From: a virus | Virus record (IMG/VR): IMGVR_UViG_3300020456_000005 | DNA length: 64,000 nucleotides | Strand: one strand, 5' to 3' | Program-made: the position numbers and the translations under genes | Shown: piece by piece, positions 9,678-19,796 of the stretch | How positions within the stretch are numbered: the stretch's first letter is position 1 | Layout: each line of letters opens with the position of its first letter | Notes under the pieces: generated by a model | What the model saw: only the letters and a program-made list of their open reading frames with translations | Database searches by the model: none | Told to the model about the DNA's origin: nothing

Positions 9678-11444
9678 ATGGCAGCTATTATTTCAGAAAA
9701 ATTTAGAATCTTCAATGCGAAGCAATTTCTAGAATCTTTAACAGAAGGTACGAACGATGCAGATGCAGCGCGTACCCGAATGTATTTCTTCGTTGGAAGA
9801 TCCTCTAAGTGGGATGCTTACCTAGAAATCTTTAATGTAAGTGGAACATTCCAAGTTGGAGAAACTGTAAGCGGTGGTGGATGGAGTGGCGTAGTTGCTG
9901 CTGTATATTCTAACAGTGTACTGCTTAACACTATCTTACCAACACCAACTACTACTCCAGCGTTTGGAACAACGGTTACTGGCGGAACTAGTGGTGCTAC
10001 TGCTAAGAGTGGTGTATACAGATATGGTACGGAAGATGTACCTCCAATGCCACTAGACAACTTCTCTGAGAAGAGATCTGTATATGAAGAACTGATTGCT
10101 GCCAAGAGAGTCACTGGTCCATTTGCACGCCTTGTAGTTCCCCGTTACAACTGGAACCTTGCGCTGAATCCCAAGTTTGATATGTACCGTCCAAACTACT
10201 CCCCAACTCCAGGTGGTGGCGGAGCTATTGGTGTTGAAACTGCACTAGGATCTAGTTCACTATCTAATTCCAAGTTTTATGTAATGAACGCTACTTACGA
10301 AGTGTTCAAATGCCTATACAACGGCGAATCACCAGCAAATCCAACTGGTCAAAACGCTACTTACGAACCAAAGTCACAACCTTCTGCTGGACAAGGAACA
10401 TTTGATGCTGCTACTGGGTTGTATACCGAACCATCAGGAACTGCTGGTTATATTTGGAAGCACATGTTTACACTTCCTACAGCAGACGTTCTTTCATTCC
10501 TTTCTTCTGACTTTATGCCTATTGCCTCTTCAGGTGATGCATCAAGAACTGCAGTTGAAGCACTTGCTGTTGCTGGTTCCATTAATGTATCAGTAATTCG
10601 TGATGCTGGTGTTGCACTTCCTGCATCATCTACTTTGTATACTGCTGTTCAAGGAGATGGTAACGGAGCAATTGTTAAACTAGAGACTGATGGTTCTGGA
10701 ACTATTACAGGCACCGAAATGTATGCTGCTGGTAGTGGTTATACTTATGCTAACGTTATTCTTCAAACTGGAACAGTATTTACTGACACTGGTCTAACTG
10801 CAGCTGCTGGTGCATTTGCAGGAACTGCATCTATTGAGGCAGTTATTTCTCCAGAAGGTGGTCATGGTTCTCATGCAGAAGATGAGTTGTTCTCTAAGCG
10901 TGTGATGACCAATATTCGTCTTACCTATGATGAAGGTCAAGGAGACTTCCCAGTAGATAACGATTTCCGTCGCATTGGTATCATTCAAGACCCATATGAG
11001 TATGGTACTACTACCTTTGCTTCCGCAAGTACTCTACGTGGTACAAATGTACTAAAAATTAATGGTGCTACTGCTGACTATGTTTCAGATGAGGTAATTA
11101 CTCAAACTGTAACTGGTGGAACTGCGAAAGGAACCGTAGTATCATGGGATGCTACTAATGGTATTCTAAAGTATTATCAATCTGCTTCTACTGACACCGA
11201 TGGCGGTAAAGTTTTAGCGTTTGAATCTAATGCTTCAAATGCTGTTGTTGGTTCTACTTCCACTGCTTCTGGAACCGTAGATACTTCCCAAAATGCAGTT
11301 CTTTCCGATATCTCCTTTACAGGTGGCATGGCAGCGCCAGAATTAGAACCAAACTCTGGAGAAATCGTATACATAGAGAATAGAAGAGAGATTACTAGAG
11401 CTCCTGATCAAATTGAGGACATTAAACTAGTAATTGAATTCTGA
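9678..11444 (+). CDS. gp8: Baseplate wedge subunit gp8
   Basis: MAAIISEKFRIFNA, FYVMN..Y.VFKCLYNG, GYIWK.MF, NDFRRIGII.DP and the C-terminal SGEIVYIENR..I.R..DQIEDIKLVIEF are typical gp8 motifs. Confidence 0.9.
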   Translation: MAAIISEKFRIFNAKQFLESLTEGTNDADAARTRMYFFVGRSSKWDAYLEIFNVSGTFQVGETVSGGGWSGVVAAVYSNSVLLNTILPTPTTTPAFGTTVTGGTSGATAKSGVYRYGTEDVPPMPLDNFSEKRSVYEELIAAKRVTGPFARLVVPRYNWNLALNPKFDMYRPNYSPTPGGGGAIGVETALGSSSLSNSKFYVMNATYEVFKCLYNGESPANPTGQNATYEPKSQPSAGQGTFDAATGLYTEPSGTAGYIWKHMFTLPTADVLSFLSSDFMPIASSGDASRTAVEALAVAGSINVSVIRDAGVALPASSTLYTAVQGDGNGAIVKLETDGSGTITGTEMYAAGSGYTYANVILQTGTVFTDTGLTAAAGAFAGTASIEAVISPEGGHGSHAEDELFSKRVMTNIRLTYDEGQGDFPVDNDFRRIGIIQDPYEYGTTTFASASTLRGTNVLKINGATADYVSDEVITQTVTGGTAKGTVVSWDATNGILKYYQSASTDTDGGKVLAFESNASNAVVGSTSTASGTVDTSQNAVLSDISFTGGMAAPELEPNSGEIVYIENRREITRAPDQIEDIKLVIEF

Positions 11445-11469
11445 TCAGTTGATTTAGAGATCGTGCGAG

Positions 11470-14400
11470 ATGCCCCAAAAGACTAACCTGAACGTAGCAC
11501 CGTTCTACGACGATTTTGACCAGGACAAAAATTTCTACAAAGTTTTATTCCGTCCTGGGTACTCTATTCAGGCGAGGGAATTAACTCAGTTACAATCTAT
11601 TTTACAAAATCAGATTGAACAGTTTGGTAAGTACGCTTTCAAACAAGGCGAACTTGTTATTCCTGGTGAGGTGGGTTTAAACACCAAACTTAATTTTGTT
11701 AAATTATCATCTGTATCAGAAATTCCTGTCAATCAAGACGGTCAAATCGTATACAAGAAATACGACGTAAGCGGTCTTAAAGATCAAACACTTAGAGGAT
11801 TAACCTCTGGTGTAGTTGCAACTGTTGTGGAAGCATATACGGCGTCTGAGACTGCTTCTGATGTAATATATGTCAACTATACTAATAGTGGTGATGCAGG
11901 AAACGAAGAGACTTTTAGACAAGGTGAAACCCTAGAAGTAGTAGACGGGGTTAATGCACCTTTATTAGTTGTTGGAACTGATGGAAGTGTTCTTCCAACT
12001 AGTATTGAAGTTACCAATCCAGACACTTTTGAAACTACATCTCTAGAAAGTCCCGCTATGGGATATGCTTCTGCTGTAAAAGTAGAAGAAGGAATTTATT
12101 TTGTCAATGGTTATTTTGTTAAGAACGATTCTCAATTACTAGTCATTGATCGTTATTATAATAAACCATCTGCAAAAATTGGTTTTAAGATTACTGAAGA
12201 CATCTCAACTCCTGAAGAAGATGAGTCTTTATATGATAATGCTATCGGGTCTAATAATTATACTGCTCCTGGTGCCCATAGATTACAGATTAAGTTAAAT
12301 CTAGTAAATTATTCTTTATCTCAGATTACAGATAAGAATTTTATTCAACTTTTAGCAGTTCGTCTAGGATCTGTACAAAGTATTGTATCTCAAACTGATT
12401 ATAACTTATTAGAGCAGACTCTTGCAAGAAGAACATATGATGAGTCTGGAGATTATGTAGTTGATAATTTCTCATTAGATGTTCGTGAATATTATCAGGA
12501 AGGTGGTAATCTAGGTGTTTATGGTCAAGATGAATTTGGTTTAGTTAATGGTCTTGAGTTACAATCAGCAAAAGAAAAGTTAGTTGCTAGTATTGGACCA
12601 GGAAAAGCATATATTAAAGGATATGAAATTGTCAATAAAGAGACAAAGTATATTACTGTTAATAAAGCAAGAGAAACTTTAAACAGAGACGATATCAGAC
12701 TTAAGACTAAAGGTCTTCCTACTTACAAAGTAACTAATACATTTGGAACAATTCCATTAAATGCTGAGGGTTCTGAATTAACTGCATATCCTAATGTATT
12801 CCTTTGTAGTAATTTTAATGACGGAAGTATTGGTTTAAACAATACTGAAGATGATAATGATTCAAAACAAACTTTAAGTCGCCGCGGCCAGTTCTTTGAT
12901 GTAAATTCTGGTATTAAAACCATTTATATCAATGTTGATACATTCTATGCAAATACATTCTCAACTCTATCTGATGCTAATTTTGAATCAGTTTTGGGAA
13001 CTTTATGGTTTGTTCAGACTAGAACTGATATCGGAGAACCATCTGTAGTTAATTCTGTAAAATCATTAGCATTTTCAAAAGTTAATAGAATTGAAGTAAA
13101 CACAAGTTCAGGTGTAACATTCCTTGAACTTACTATTACTGGAAGAAAGGATTATCTAGATTCATACTTCTTAGAGTATGATACATCTTCTGGATCAAAA
13201 TACAGAGAGCTTTACTTATCTGAGAATGATGCCATTAATGGTAATACTCCTTTTGGTACAATTGTTGATTATAACGAAACGATTACCCCTGTAATTGGTC
13301 TTGCTAAACCAAGTAATTTTACATTACTTGAAAGAGGAAGTGGATTTAATGAAGATTCTGATTCTGTAATTTCTAAAGGTAGATTGGAGAATGGAAGTGC
13401 TGTATATAATACGACATTTGGGTTATCTTATTTTGACCCACAATTCTTCACTAAGATTCTTCTTGATGATGTTATTATCGCAGACGGTAGATTTGCATCT
13501 GGTAAGTATGTCTATGGTTTAGAAAGTGGTGCCTATGGAGTTGTAGAAGGTCCATCTGATGGAATGTTTACCACAAATAAAATTTTGATGGTAAAAACTC
13601 TTTTTGGTAACTTTAAGTCAGGTGAAACTATTAGAGACGAAGACAACTTCTCAGTTAGAGTTGCAAAAGATAATACAATTTCTCACTTTGTTGTTAACAA
13701 TAGAGGTTCTAATTATGTTGACGGTTCAAAGTTAAGAATTGATGGAGTTGAATACGATACTTCTAAGGTAGATTTAAATATTGCTAGTGGTTCTATTATC
13801 AGTGCCACAGTTTCTAATAGAGAATTATTTAATCAAGAATATGCAAAACCTCCTGTTATTACAGTAGTTCAAGGTTCTGGAGGTGGTAATCCAAATGCAG
13901 CTGTTATTACACCTATTCTTGTTAGAAATTCTGTAGTTACATACACACCACAAAATGTTAAGTCATTCTTCTGTCAGTATGGATCTGGAAATGCTAATAA
14001 ATTTACTTCTGACGTAGAATTTAATAAGGAAAAATTTGCAGAAGTTACATCAATTACAGATTTCACTTTTAGTGGAGATCAAGGAAGAAAGTATATTGAG
14101 TGTAATGGATTTGGTGGAGATGCAACTAAGTTTGTTCAGCAAGGAGATTTAATTCAATTTGCTGATGAAGATTCAACGATTGTAAGAGCAATTGTACAAT
14201 ACTCCACAAAACCAGAAGGTGTTTCTAAGTCAAGAATTTATCTTGATAGATCTTTACCAAAAGGTGTAAGTAATGGTAGTGTTGTAAGGGTTCGTCCTTC
14301 TATTTCAAACTTTAATCAGGGAACATTACTTTATAAAACTGGTTCTAGTCAAGTAAGTTCTATTGTTGCAGATAGCGAAGATTCAAAAATTGCTTATTAT

Positions 14401-17400
14401 CTAAGAAGAGATTTTGTTGCAACTGGAGTTGGTGGAGCGGGTGCCATTACATTTGCAGCTCAACTTCCATTCGGAACACAAAGATTCGTTTCTTTCTCTG
14501 AAAGTAATTTTCTTGTCACAATTCTAGATCCTGGCGATGCTCCAGATGTTGTAGAAGGTGATATTGTTTATATCACAGCAGATCAAGTATCAATTAAAGC
14601 TTCAACAGATTCTGCTAGTGGATTAACTTCAGGTAGTGTTACGTTGAATCTACCATCAACATATTTTGGAACTATTCCTACTGGTGGTCAATATCCAACA
14701 CTAAAACTAACATCTACTTTAGAAGTAACTAAGGCAAAACCAAGATTAAAAACAGCAGTAGTCAATAAGAGAATTGTTATTGACTCTCCTGGAGATATGA
14801 TAATTCCTCTCAGAGGTAGTGATTATGATTCTGAAAGTCTTACAGTTTATAGTTATGCTGATGTATACAAACTAAGATATGTTTATGAAGGTTCTTCTTC
14901 AGAACCTCCTGTTGTTGACAGAAATGGAAATCTTGTTAGTGGAATAGATGTAACTAATAGATTTACATTTGATGATGGTCAAAGAGATACTGTTTACGAT
15001 CTTTCACGTATTGTTTTAAAACCAGGATTTGAATCTCCAGCTGGACAATTAGTAATTGCATTTGATTATTTTGAACATACTAAAGGAGATTTCTGTACAG
15101 TTGATTCTTATCTACATGAAGCTGGTGTAGGACAAGAAGAAATTCCATCATTCAACTCACCAACATTAGGTAAAATTTCTTTAAAAGACGTTCTTGATTA
15201 TAGACCAAAGGTAGATAACGATTCTATTATTTCTGGTTTCCAAGATAATGCTTTATTATCTGCTGCCAATACTAGATCTTTCACTGGAACTGGTGGTGTT
15301 ATTACAAGTACTCCTGCTCCAGATTCAAATTTAGAATTTACATTCTCATTTACTCAAACTCAATACCTTGATAGAATTGATGCTCTTTTCTTAGATAAGA
15401 AAGGACAATTTATTATCAAAGAAGGTAATTCTTCTCTTAACCCAACAAGACCTGATCTAATCAGTGATGCAGTACCTTTGTACTACATGTATGTTCCTGC
15501 ATTTACTCAAAGTAGTAAAGATGTAAGAATTACTCCTGTTGACAATCGTCGTTACACAATGCGCGACATTGGCAAGTTGGAGAAACGTATTGAGCGTCTT
15601 GAATATTACACATTGTTAAGTGTTCTAGAGCAACAGGCATTAAACATGCAAATCATTGACTCTTCTGGTGTCAATAGATTTAAGAGCGGTTTCATTGTGG
15701 ACAATTTTGAGACACATAAGATTGGTTCTTTAAGATCGCTTGATTACAAGTGCTCTATTGATACTCAGCAGTCTGTAATGAGACCTCAATCAAAAGAAGA
15801 TTCATTCTCTTTAGTTGAAGTTAATCAAAGAAATGATCAGAGATCTATTTCTGGTTATGTTAAGAATGGTGATCGTGTTACTTTACCATTTACAGAAACA
15901 AAATTACTAGGTAATGAATCTGCTACAAAAACTATTAATCCAAATCCATTTGTTGTTCTCCAATATGTTGGTGATGCATTTATTGGACCTAATGTAGATT
16001 CTTGGTATGATACTAGTGTAGCACCATTGGTAAATGATAACAATACAAATTTATATTCAATTTTCTTAGCTAAGAATGAGTTGAGAGATGCATTCTCAAG
16101 CATTTACAATTCATATAAAGTTAATTGGTTAGGTGCTAGCAGATCATTCTTTAATATTAATTCTTTTGCAAACGTTAATAGTAATATCTCAGATTCTTCT
16201 GTAACTACTGCTTCAGTTGGAAGTTCTTCTAATATTAGTCCAGAAAATAATGAGATCGGAAAAGGTATTTCTACTAAAGGTGTAGGAAGTAATGTGGTAT
16301 CTACTTCGCTATCATTCTTTGCTAGAAGCATTGTAGTTAAATTTAATATCAATAGGTTAAAACCAAATACAAATATCTCAGTCTTCATGGAAGGTAGAGA
16401 TATTGCTAGATGGGTAAATCCTGATTTCAGATATACTGGTATTGCAGGTAATTCACTATCATCTTTTAATAGTCAAGTTAAGACTGATGATAATGGTAAT
16501 GCTAGTGGTATTATTCTAGTTCCAGCTGGTCTTCCACCTAGAGAAAATGCAACATGGACTGGTGATATCAATACTGTTGTATATGACGAAGATGCAGATG
16601 AGATGAGATTTACAACTGGTGTAAAAACTATCAGATTTACATCCAGTGCTACTGATGCACCAAAAGATGAAGTTGATTCATATGCAGAAGTTAAGTTCTA
16701 TGCAACTGGACTTCTCCCTGAAAATCCATCTTCTATTGTATCAACTACACCAGCATTCTTTAAATCAAATGAAGGAATTCAAACTACTGATAGTAATACT
16801 GAAAATCCAATTAAACCAAATCCATTAGCACAAACATTTACTGTAGAAGGATTTGATGGCGGTGTATTTGTAACCAGTGTAGATCTATTCTTCTCTAAGA
16901 AGAGTAGTACAATTCCATTGAGAGTATATCTAACTGATATTCAAAGTGGTAAACCAGGTAAAAATATTATTCCAGGAACTCAAAAGATTCTAAGTCCTGA
17001 AACTTATTTGAGAGTAGTTGCTAGTGAAACTTTAACTATTACTAGAGATGAAAAAGTAACTGGTTCTAAATCTAATGCATCTGGTCCTATTTCAAAAGTA
17101 ATTGATAAGAATAATACAGAAGTTACTCCTTCAACAACAGGAGTATTTACTTTAACTAATGATCAGGTTTATACATTAGTTCTAAGTAATCATAATGGTA
17201 AATCATTCGTTCAAGATGAAAATCTTTCAATTCCATCTTTGACAGAATCTAACAATACAAATAACACAACATCAACTTTAAAAATTGCTAAAGATTCGGG
17301 AAGAGTTACTGATCTAAGAGTTAAGAACACTGGTTCTGATTATGATTCAGCAATTCTAACTATTGAAAGTCCACAACTACCAGGTGGTGGTAATTCAACT

Positions 17401-19587
17401 GCTACTGTAAGAGTTTCTGGTGGTAAAATTTACCACACTGAAATTGTACTTTCTGGATCTGAATATACAGAACCCCCTGCAGTTATTATTAATGGTACTG
17501 GAACTGGTAATGCTGGAGCTGAAATTGAGTCGTTTATTACAATTGACAGTCCTGCTGTTCGTATGGGTATTGCCATTGATGAAGATGGTGTAACTCAGTC
17601 AACTGTTGCAACTAATTTTAAATTTGATTATCCAATTTACTTAGAATCTGATACCGAATATTCTATAGTAGTAGAAACCGATTCAATTGATTATTTAATA
17701 TGGGCATCTAAATTAGGTGAAACTGATATTGCTACTAGTACTACTGTTACTACTCAACCAGCATTAGGATCTCTATTTAAATCTCAGAATACAAATAATT
17801 GGACAGAAGATTTGTTTGAGGATGTTAAGTTCAAACTAAATCGTGCTGAGTTTGATACTAGCAGAACTGCATCTTTACTATTAACAAATAGTGACTTGGG
17901 ATATGAAAAACTAGATCTAAACAGTATTGAAACTAATGCAGAATCAAATACTTCTGCTACTTCAAGTCTGTTTAAAAATAACAACTTTATTATTAAAGTA
18001 AATCATTCTGATAATGGATTTGATTCTGATAAAAAATCATATGTATTCTTCAAGAATTGTTTGGATGTTGGTGGAGTTGCTGCATCACAACTTAATAGTA
18101 GATTATATCAAGTAAGTAATACTGGTATAGATTACTATAACATTGTTTCTAGTAGCAGAGCTTCTTCAAATTCATTTGGTGGAGGAAGTTCTATTCTAGC
18201 ATCATACAATAGAAAATTTGAAAAACTACATGCAATAGTTCCTTACTTATCTTTTGGATCTACTGATGTTAAGAGTTTCATTCAAACAACCAATGTCTCA
18301 CCTGTAGACGATAACGTTAATACATTTACATCATATAGTCAAACTGGATATGAAAAAACATTTTTAAATGAAGATGTATTCTTTATCAATCAAAAGATGA
18401 TTGCATCCAGAGTGAATGAAATTATTAATAATCTAGATAGATCTTTAACATATAAATTAGATTTCTCTAGTTCATCAACACACCTATCTCCAATTGTAGA
18501 TTTATCTCGTGCTACTGTTAAGACTATTACTAATAGAGTAGAGAATGCAACTGGTTCAGAAGATAGATTTGGTAGAAGAAAGCAAATCCTAGAATTCTAT
18601 CCTGTATATAATTTCATTGTTTCTGGAATTGATACTACATCAGAAGTAATTCAATCTGGTCAAACTATTGCTGGATCAACAACTAATGCTTCAGGTGAGA
18701 TTATTAAAGTTGTAGGTACTGCAGTATTTGTTAAGTTAAAAACTACTAATGCATTTACTCCTGGTGAGCAAGTATCTTTCTCAAATCAAACTTTTGCTGG
18801 AACTACTACCGTAGCTCTTACAGGTGCTTCTAAAGTTGTATTCCAAATTCCTAATATAACCGTTCCACCAACATATGTAACAGCAAGAAACCCATCTGTT
18901 CTTGCACAAACATATGATAATAAAATTACTGGTAAAATTGTTTTGTGGAATCAAAAGTCTAGTGAGTTGACTTTGATTAATGATAAGCAACCACTTTCTG
19001 ATGACTATACTGGTGCAATTGTTGAATCTGCAGCATTTACAAGAAACGCTTCCGTTGATGCTCAGAATGAAGATATCTTTAGAGTTGGAGATATTTTATC
19101 ATATCAAGATCAACCAAGTGATGAACACAACTTTATTGAGATTTCTAGAATTACATATTCAGATGGTATTGATTATATCTCTGATAATCAATCCAAGAAT
19201 AGTTCTAGTGTTGCTAAGTATATTACTAAAGAAATCGCAATTCAGAATCCAGGAACTTCCATTGACGTTAAGACTACAGTAAATGTATCTGACATTGAAA
19301 ATATTAAAGTCCTTTACAGAATCAAAAAATCTTCTTCACAAGAGAATTTTGATGATGTTGAATGGGTATATTTTAATGAAACTGGATCTCCAGATGTAGA
19401 GGTAATTGCAACATCCGAAAATTCTATTAGTGGAATTTCAGAAAAGCAAGATTCGTATCAAGAACTATCTTATAGTGTTGAAAATCTCCCAGAATTTTCA
19501 TCATTTGCTATTAAAATTGTTATGAAATCTAATAATCCTGCTTTTGTTCCTAAGGTACAAGATTTAAGAGCGGTAGCATCTTACTAA
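11470..19587 (+). CDS. Large virion structural protein, VrlC-like / DUF4815 family (2705 aa)
   Basis: NLNVAPFYDDFD..KNFYKVLFRPG..IQARELTQLQSILQNQ, RRTYDESGDY, RRYTMRDIGKLEKRIERLEYYT and PLAQTF motifs; usual position after gp8 in cyanomyoviruses. Confidence 0.85.
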   Translation: MPQKTNLNVAPFYDDFDQDKNFYKVLFRPGYSIQARELTQLQSILQNQIEQFGKYAFKQGELVIPGEVGLNTKLNFVKLSSVSEIPVNQDGQIVYKKYDVSGLKDQTLRGLTSGVVATVVEAYTASETASDVIYVNYTNSGDAGNEETFRQGETLEVVDGVNAPLLVVGTDGSVLPTSIEVTNPDTFETTSLESPAMGYASAVKVEEGIYFVNGYFVKNDSQLLVIDRYYNKPSAKIGFKITEDISTPEEDESLYDNAIGSNNYTAPGAHRLQIKLNLVNYSLSQITDKNFIQLLAVRLGSVQSIVSQTDYNLLEQTLARRTYDESGDYVVDNFSLDVREYYQEGGNLGVYGQDEFGLVNGLELQSAKEKLVASIGPGKAYIKGYEIVNKETKYITVNKARETLNRDDIRLKTKGLPTYKVTNTFGTIPLNAEGSELTAYPNVFLCSNFNDGSIGLNNTEDDNDSKQTLSRRGQFFDVNSGIKTIYINVDTFYANTFSTLSDANFESVLGTLWFVQTRTDIGEPSVVNSVKSLAFSKVNRIEVNTSSGVTFLELTITGRKDYLDSYFLEYDTSSGSKYRELYLSENDAINGNTPFGTIVDYNETITPVIGLAKPSNFTLLERGSGFNEDSDSVISKGRLENGSAVYNTTFGLSYFDPQFFTKILLDDVIIADGRFASGKYVYGLESGAYGVVEGPSDGMFTTNKILMVKTLFGNFKSGETIRDEDNFSVRVAKDNTISHFVVNNRGSNYVDGSKLRIDGVEYDTSKVDLNIASGSIISATVSNRELFNQEYAKPPVITVVQGSGGGNPNAAVITPILVRNSVVTYTPQNVKSFFCQYGSGNANKFTSDVEFNKEKFAEVTSITDFTFSGDQGRKYIECNGFGGDATKFVQQGDLIQFADEDSTIVRAIVQYSTKPEGVSKSRIYLDRSLPKGVSNGSVVRVRPSISNFNQGTLLYKTGSSQVSSIVADSEDSKIAYYLRRDFVATGVGGAGAITFAAQLPFGTQRFVSFSESNFLVTILDPGDAPDVVEGDIVYITADQVSIKASTDSASGLTSGSVTLNLPSTYFGTIPTGGQYPTLKLTSTLEVTKAKPRLKTAVVNKRIVIDSPGDMIIPLRGSDYDSESLTVYSYADVYKLRYVYEGSSSEPPVVDRNGNLVSGIDVTNRFTFDDGQRDTVYDLSRIVLKPGFESPAGQLVIAFDYFEHTKGDFCTVDSYLHEAGVGQEEIPSFNSPTLGKISLKDVLDYRPKVDNDSIISGFQDNALLSAANTRSFTGTGGVITSTPAPDSNLEFTFSFTQTQYLDRIDALFLDKKGQFIIKEGNSSLNPTRPDLISDAVPLYYMYVPAFTQSSKDVRITPVDNRRYTMRDIGKLEKRIERLEYYTLLSVLEQQALNMQIIDSSGVNRFKSGFIVDNFETHKIGSLRSLDYKCSIDTQQSVMRPQSKEDSFSLVEVNQRNDQRSISGYVKNGDRVTLPFTETKLLGNESATKTINPNPFVVLQYVGDAFIGPNVDSWYDTSVAPLVNDNNTNLYSIFLAKNELRDAFSSIYNSYKVNWLGASRSFFNINSFANVNSNISDSSVTTASVGSSSNISPENNEIGKGISTKGVGSNVVSTSLSFFARSIVVKFNINRLKPNTNISVFMEGRDIARWVNPDFRYTGIAGNSLSSFNSQVKTDDNGNASGIILVPAGLPPRENATWTGDINTVVYDEDADEMRFTTGVKTIRFTSSATDAPKDEVDSYAEVKFYATGLLPENPSSIVSTTPAFFKSNEGIQTTDSNTENPIKPNPLAQTFTVEGFDGGVFVTSVDLFFSKKSSTIPLRVYLTDIQSGKPGKNIIPGTQKILSPETYLRVVASETLTITRDEKVTGSKSNASGPISKVIDKNNTEVTPSTTGVFTLTNDQVYTLVLSNHNGKSFVQDENLSIPSLTESNNTNNTTSTLKIAKDSGRVTDLRVKNTGSDYDSAILTIESPQLPGGGNSTATVRVSGGKIYHTEIVLSGSEYTEPPAVIINGTGTGNAGAEIESFITIDSPAVRMGIAIDEDGVTQSTVATNFKFDYPIYLESDTEYSIVVETDSIDYLIWASKLGETDIATSTTVTTQPALGSLFKSQNTNNWTEDLFEDVKFKLNRAEFDTSRTASLLLTNSDLGYEKLDLNSIETNAESNTSATSSLFKNNNFIIKVNHSDNGFDSDKKSYVFFKNCLDVGGVAASQLNSRLYQVSNTGIDYYNIVSSSRASSNSFGGGSSILASYNRKFEKLHAIVPYLSFGSTDVKSFIQTTNVSPVDDNVNTFTSYSQTGYEKTFLNEDVFFINQKMIASRVNEIINNLDRSLTYKLDFSSSSTHLSPIVDLSRATVKTITNRVENATGSEDRFGRRKQILEFYPVYNFIVSGIDTTSEVIQSGQTIAGSTTNASGEIIKVVGTAVFVKLKTTNAFTPGEQVSFSNQTFAGTTTVALTGASKVVFQIPNITVPPTYVTARNPSVLAQTYDNKITGKIVLWNQKSSELTLINDKQPLSDDYTGAIVESAAFTRNASVDAQNEDIFRVGDILSYQDQPSDEHNFIEISRITYSDGIDYISDNQSKNSSSVAKYITKEIAIQNPGTSIDVKTTVNVSDIENIKVLYRIKKSSSQENFDDVEWVYFNETGSPDVEVIATSENSISGISEKQDSYQELSYSVENLPEFSSFAIKIVMKSNNPAFVPKVQDLRAVASY

Positions 19588-19796
19588 TGAAACATATAAA
19601 AGTGAAAAACGAAGATCACCTGTATCGCGATTCTGATACAGGTGCAATCATAAATACTGACATATCATCTTTTGAAAAATATAAGAAGTCCAGAAGTAAG
19701 TTTCAAAATATGGAGCAGGAATTAGACTTTGTGAAAGGTGAGATCAGTGAAATAAAATCCTTATTGCACCAGTTGCTGAAGTCCAATGGTTCTTAG
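19587..19796 (+). CDS. Small conserved coiled-coil protein (69 aa)
   Basis: L.RD..TGAIINTD motif plus a heptad C-terminus; start overlaps the upstream stop (TAATG). Confidence 0.75.
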   Translation: MKHIKVKNEDHLYRDSDTGAIINTDISSFEKYKKSRSKFQNMEQELDFVKGEISEIKSLLHQLLKSNGS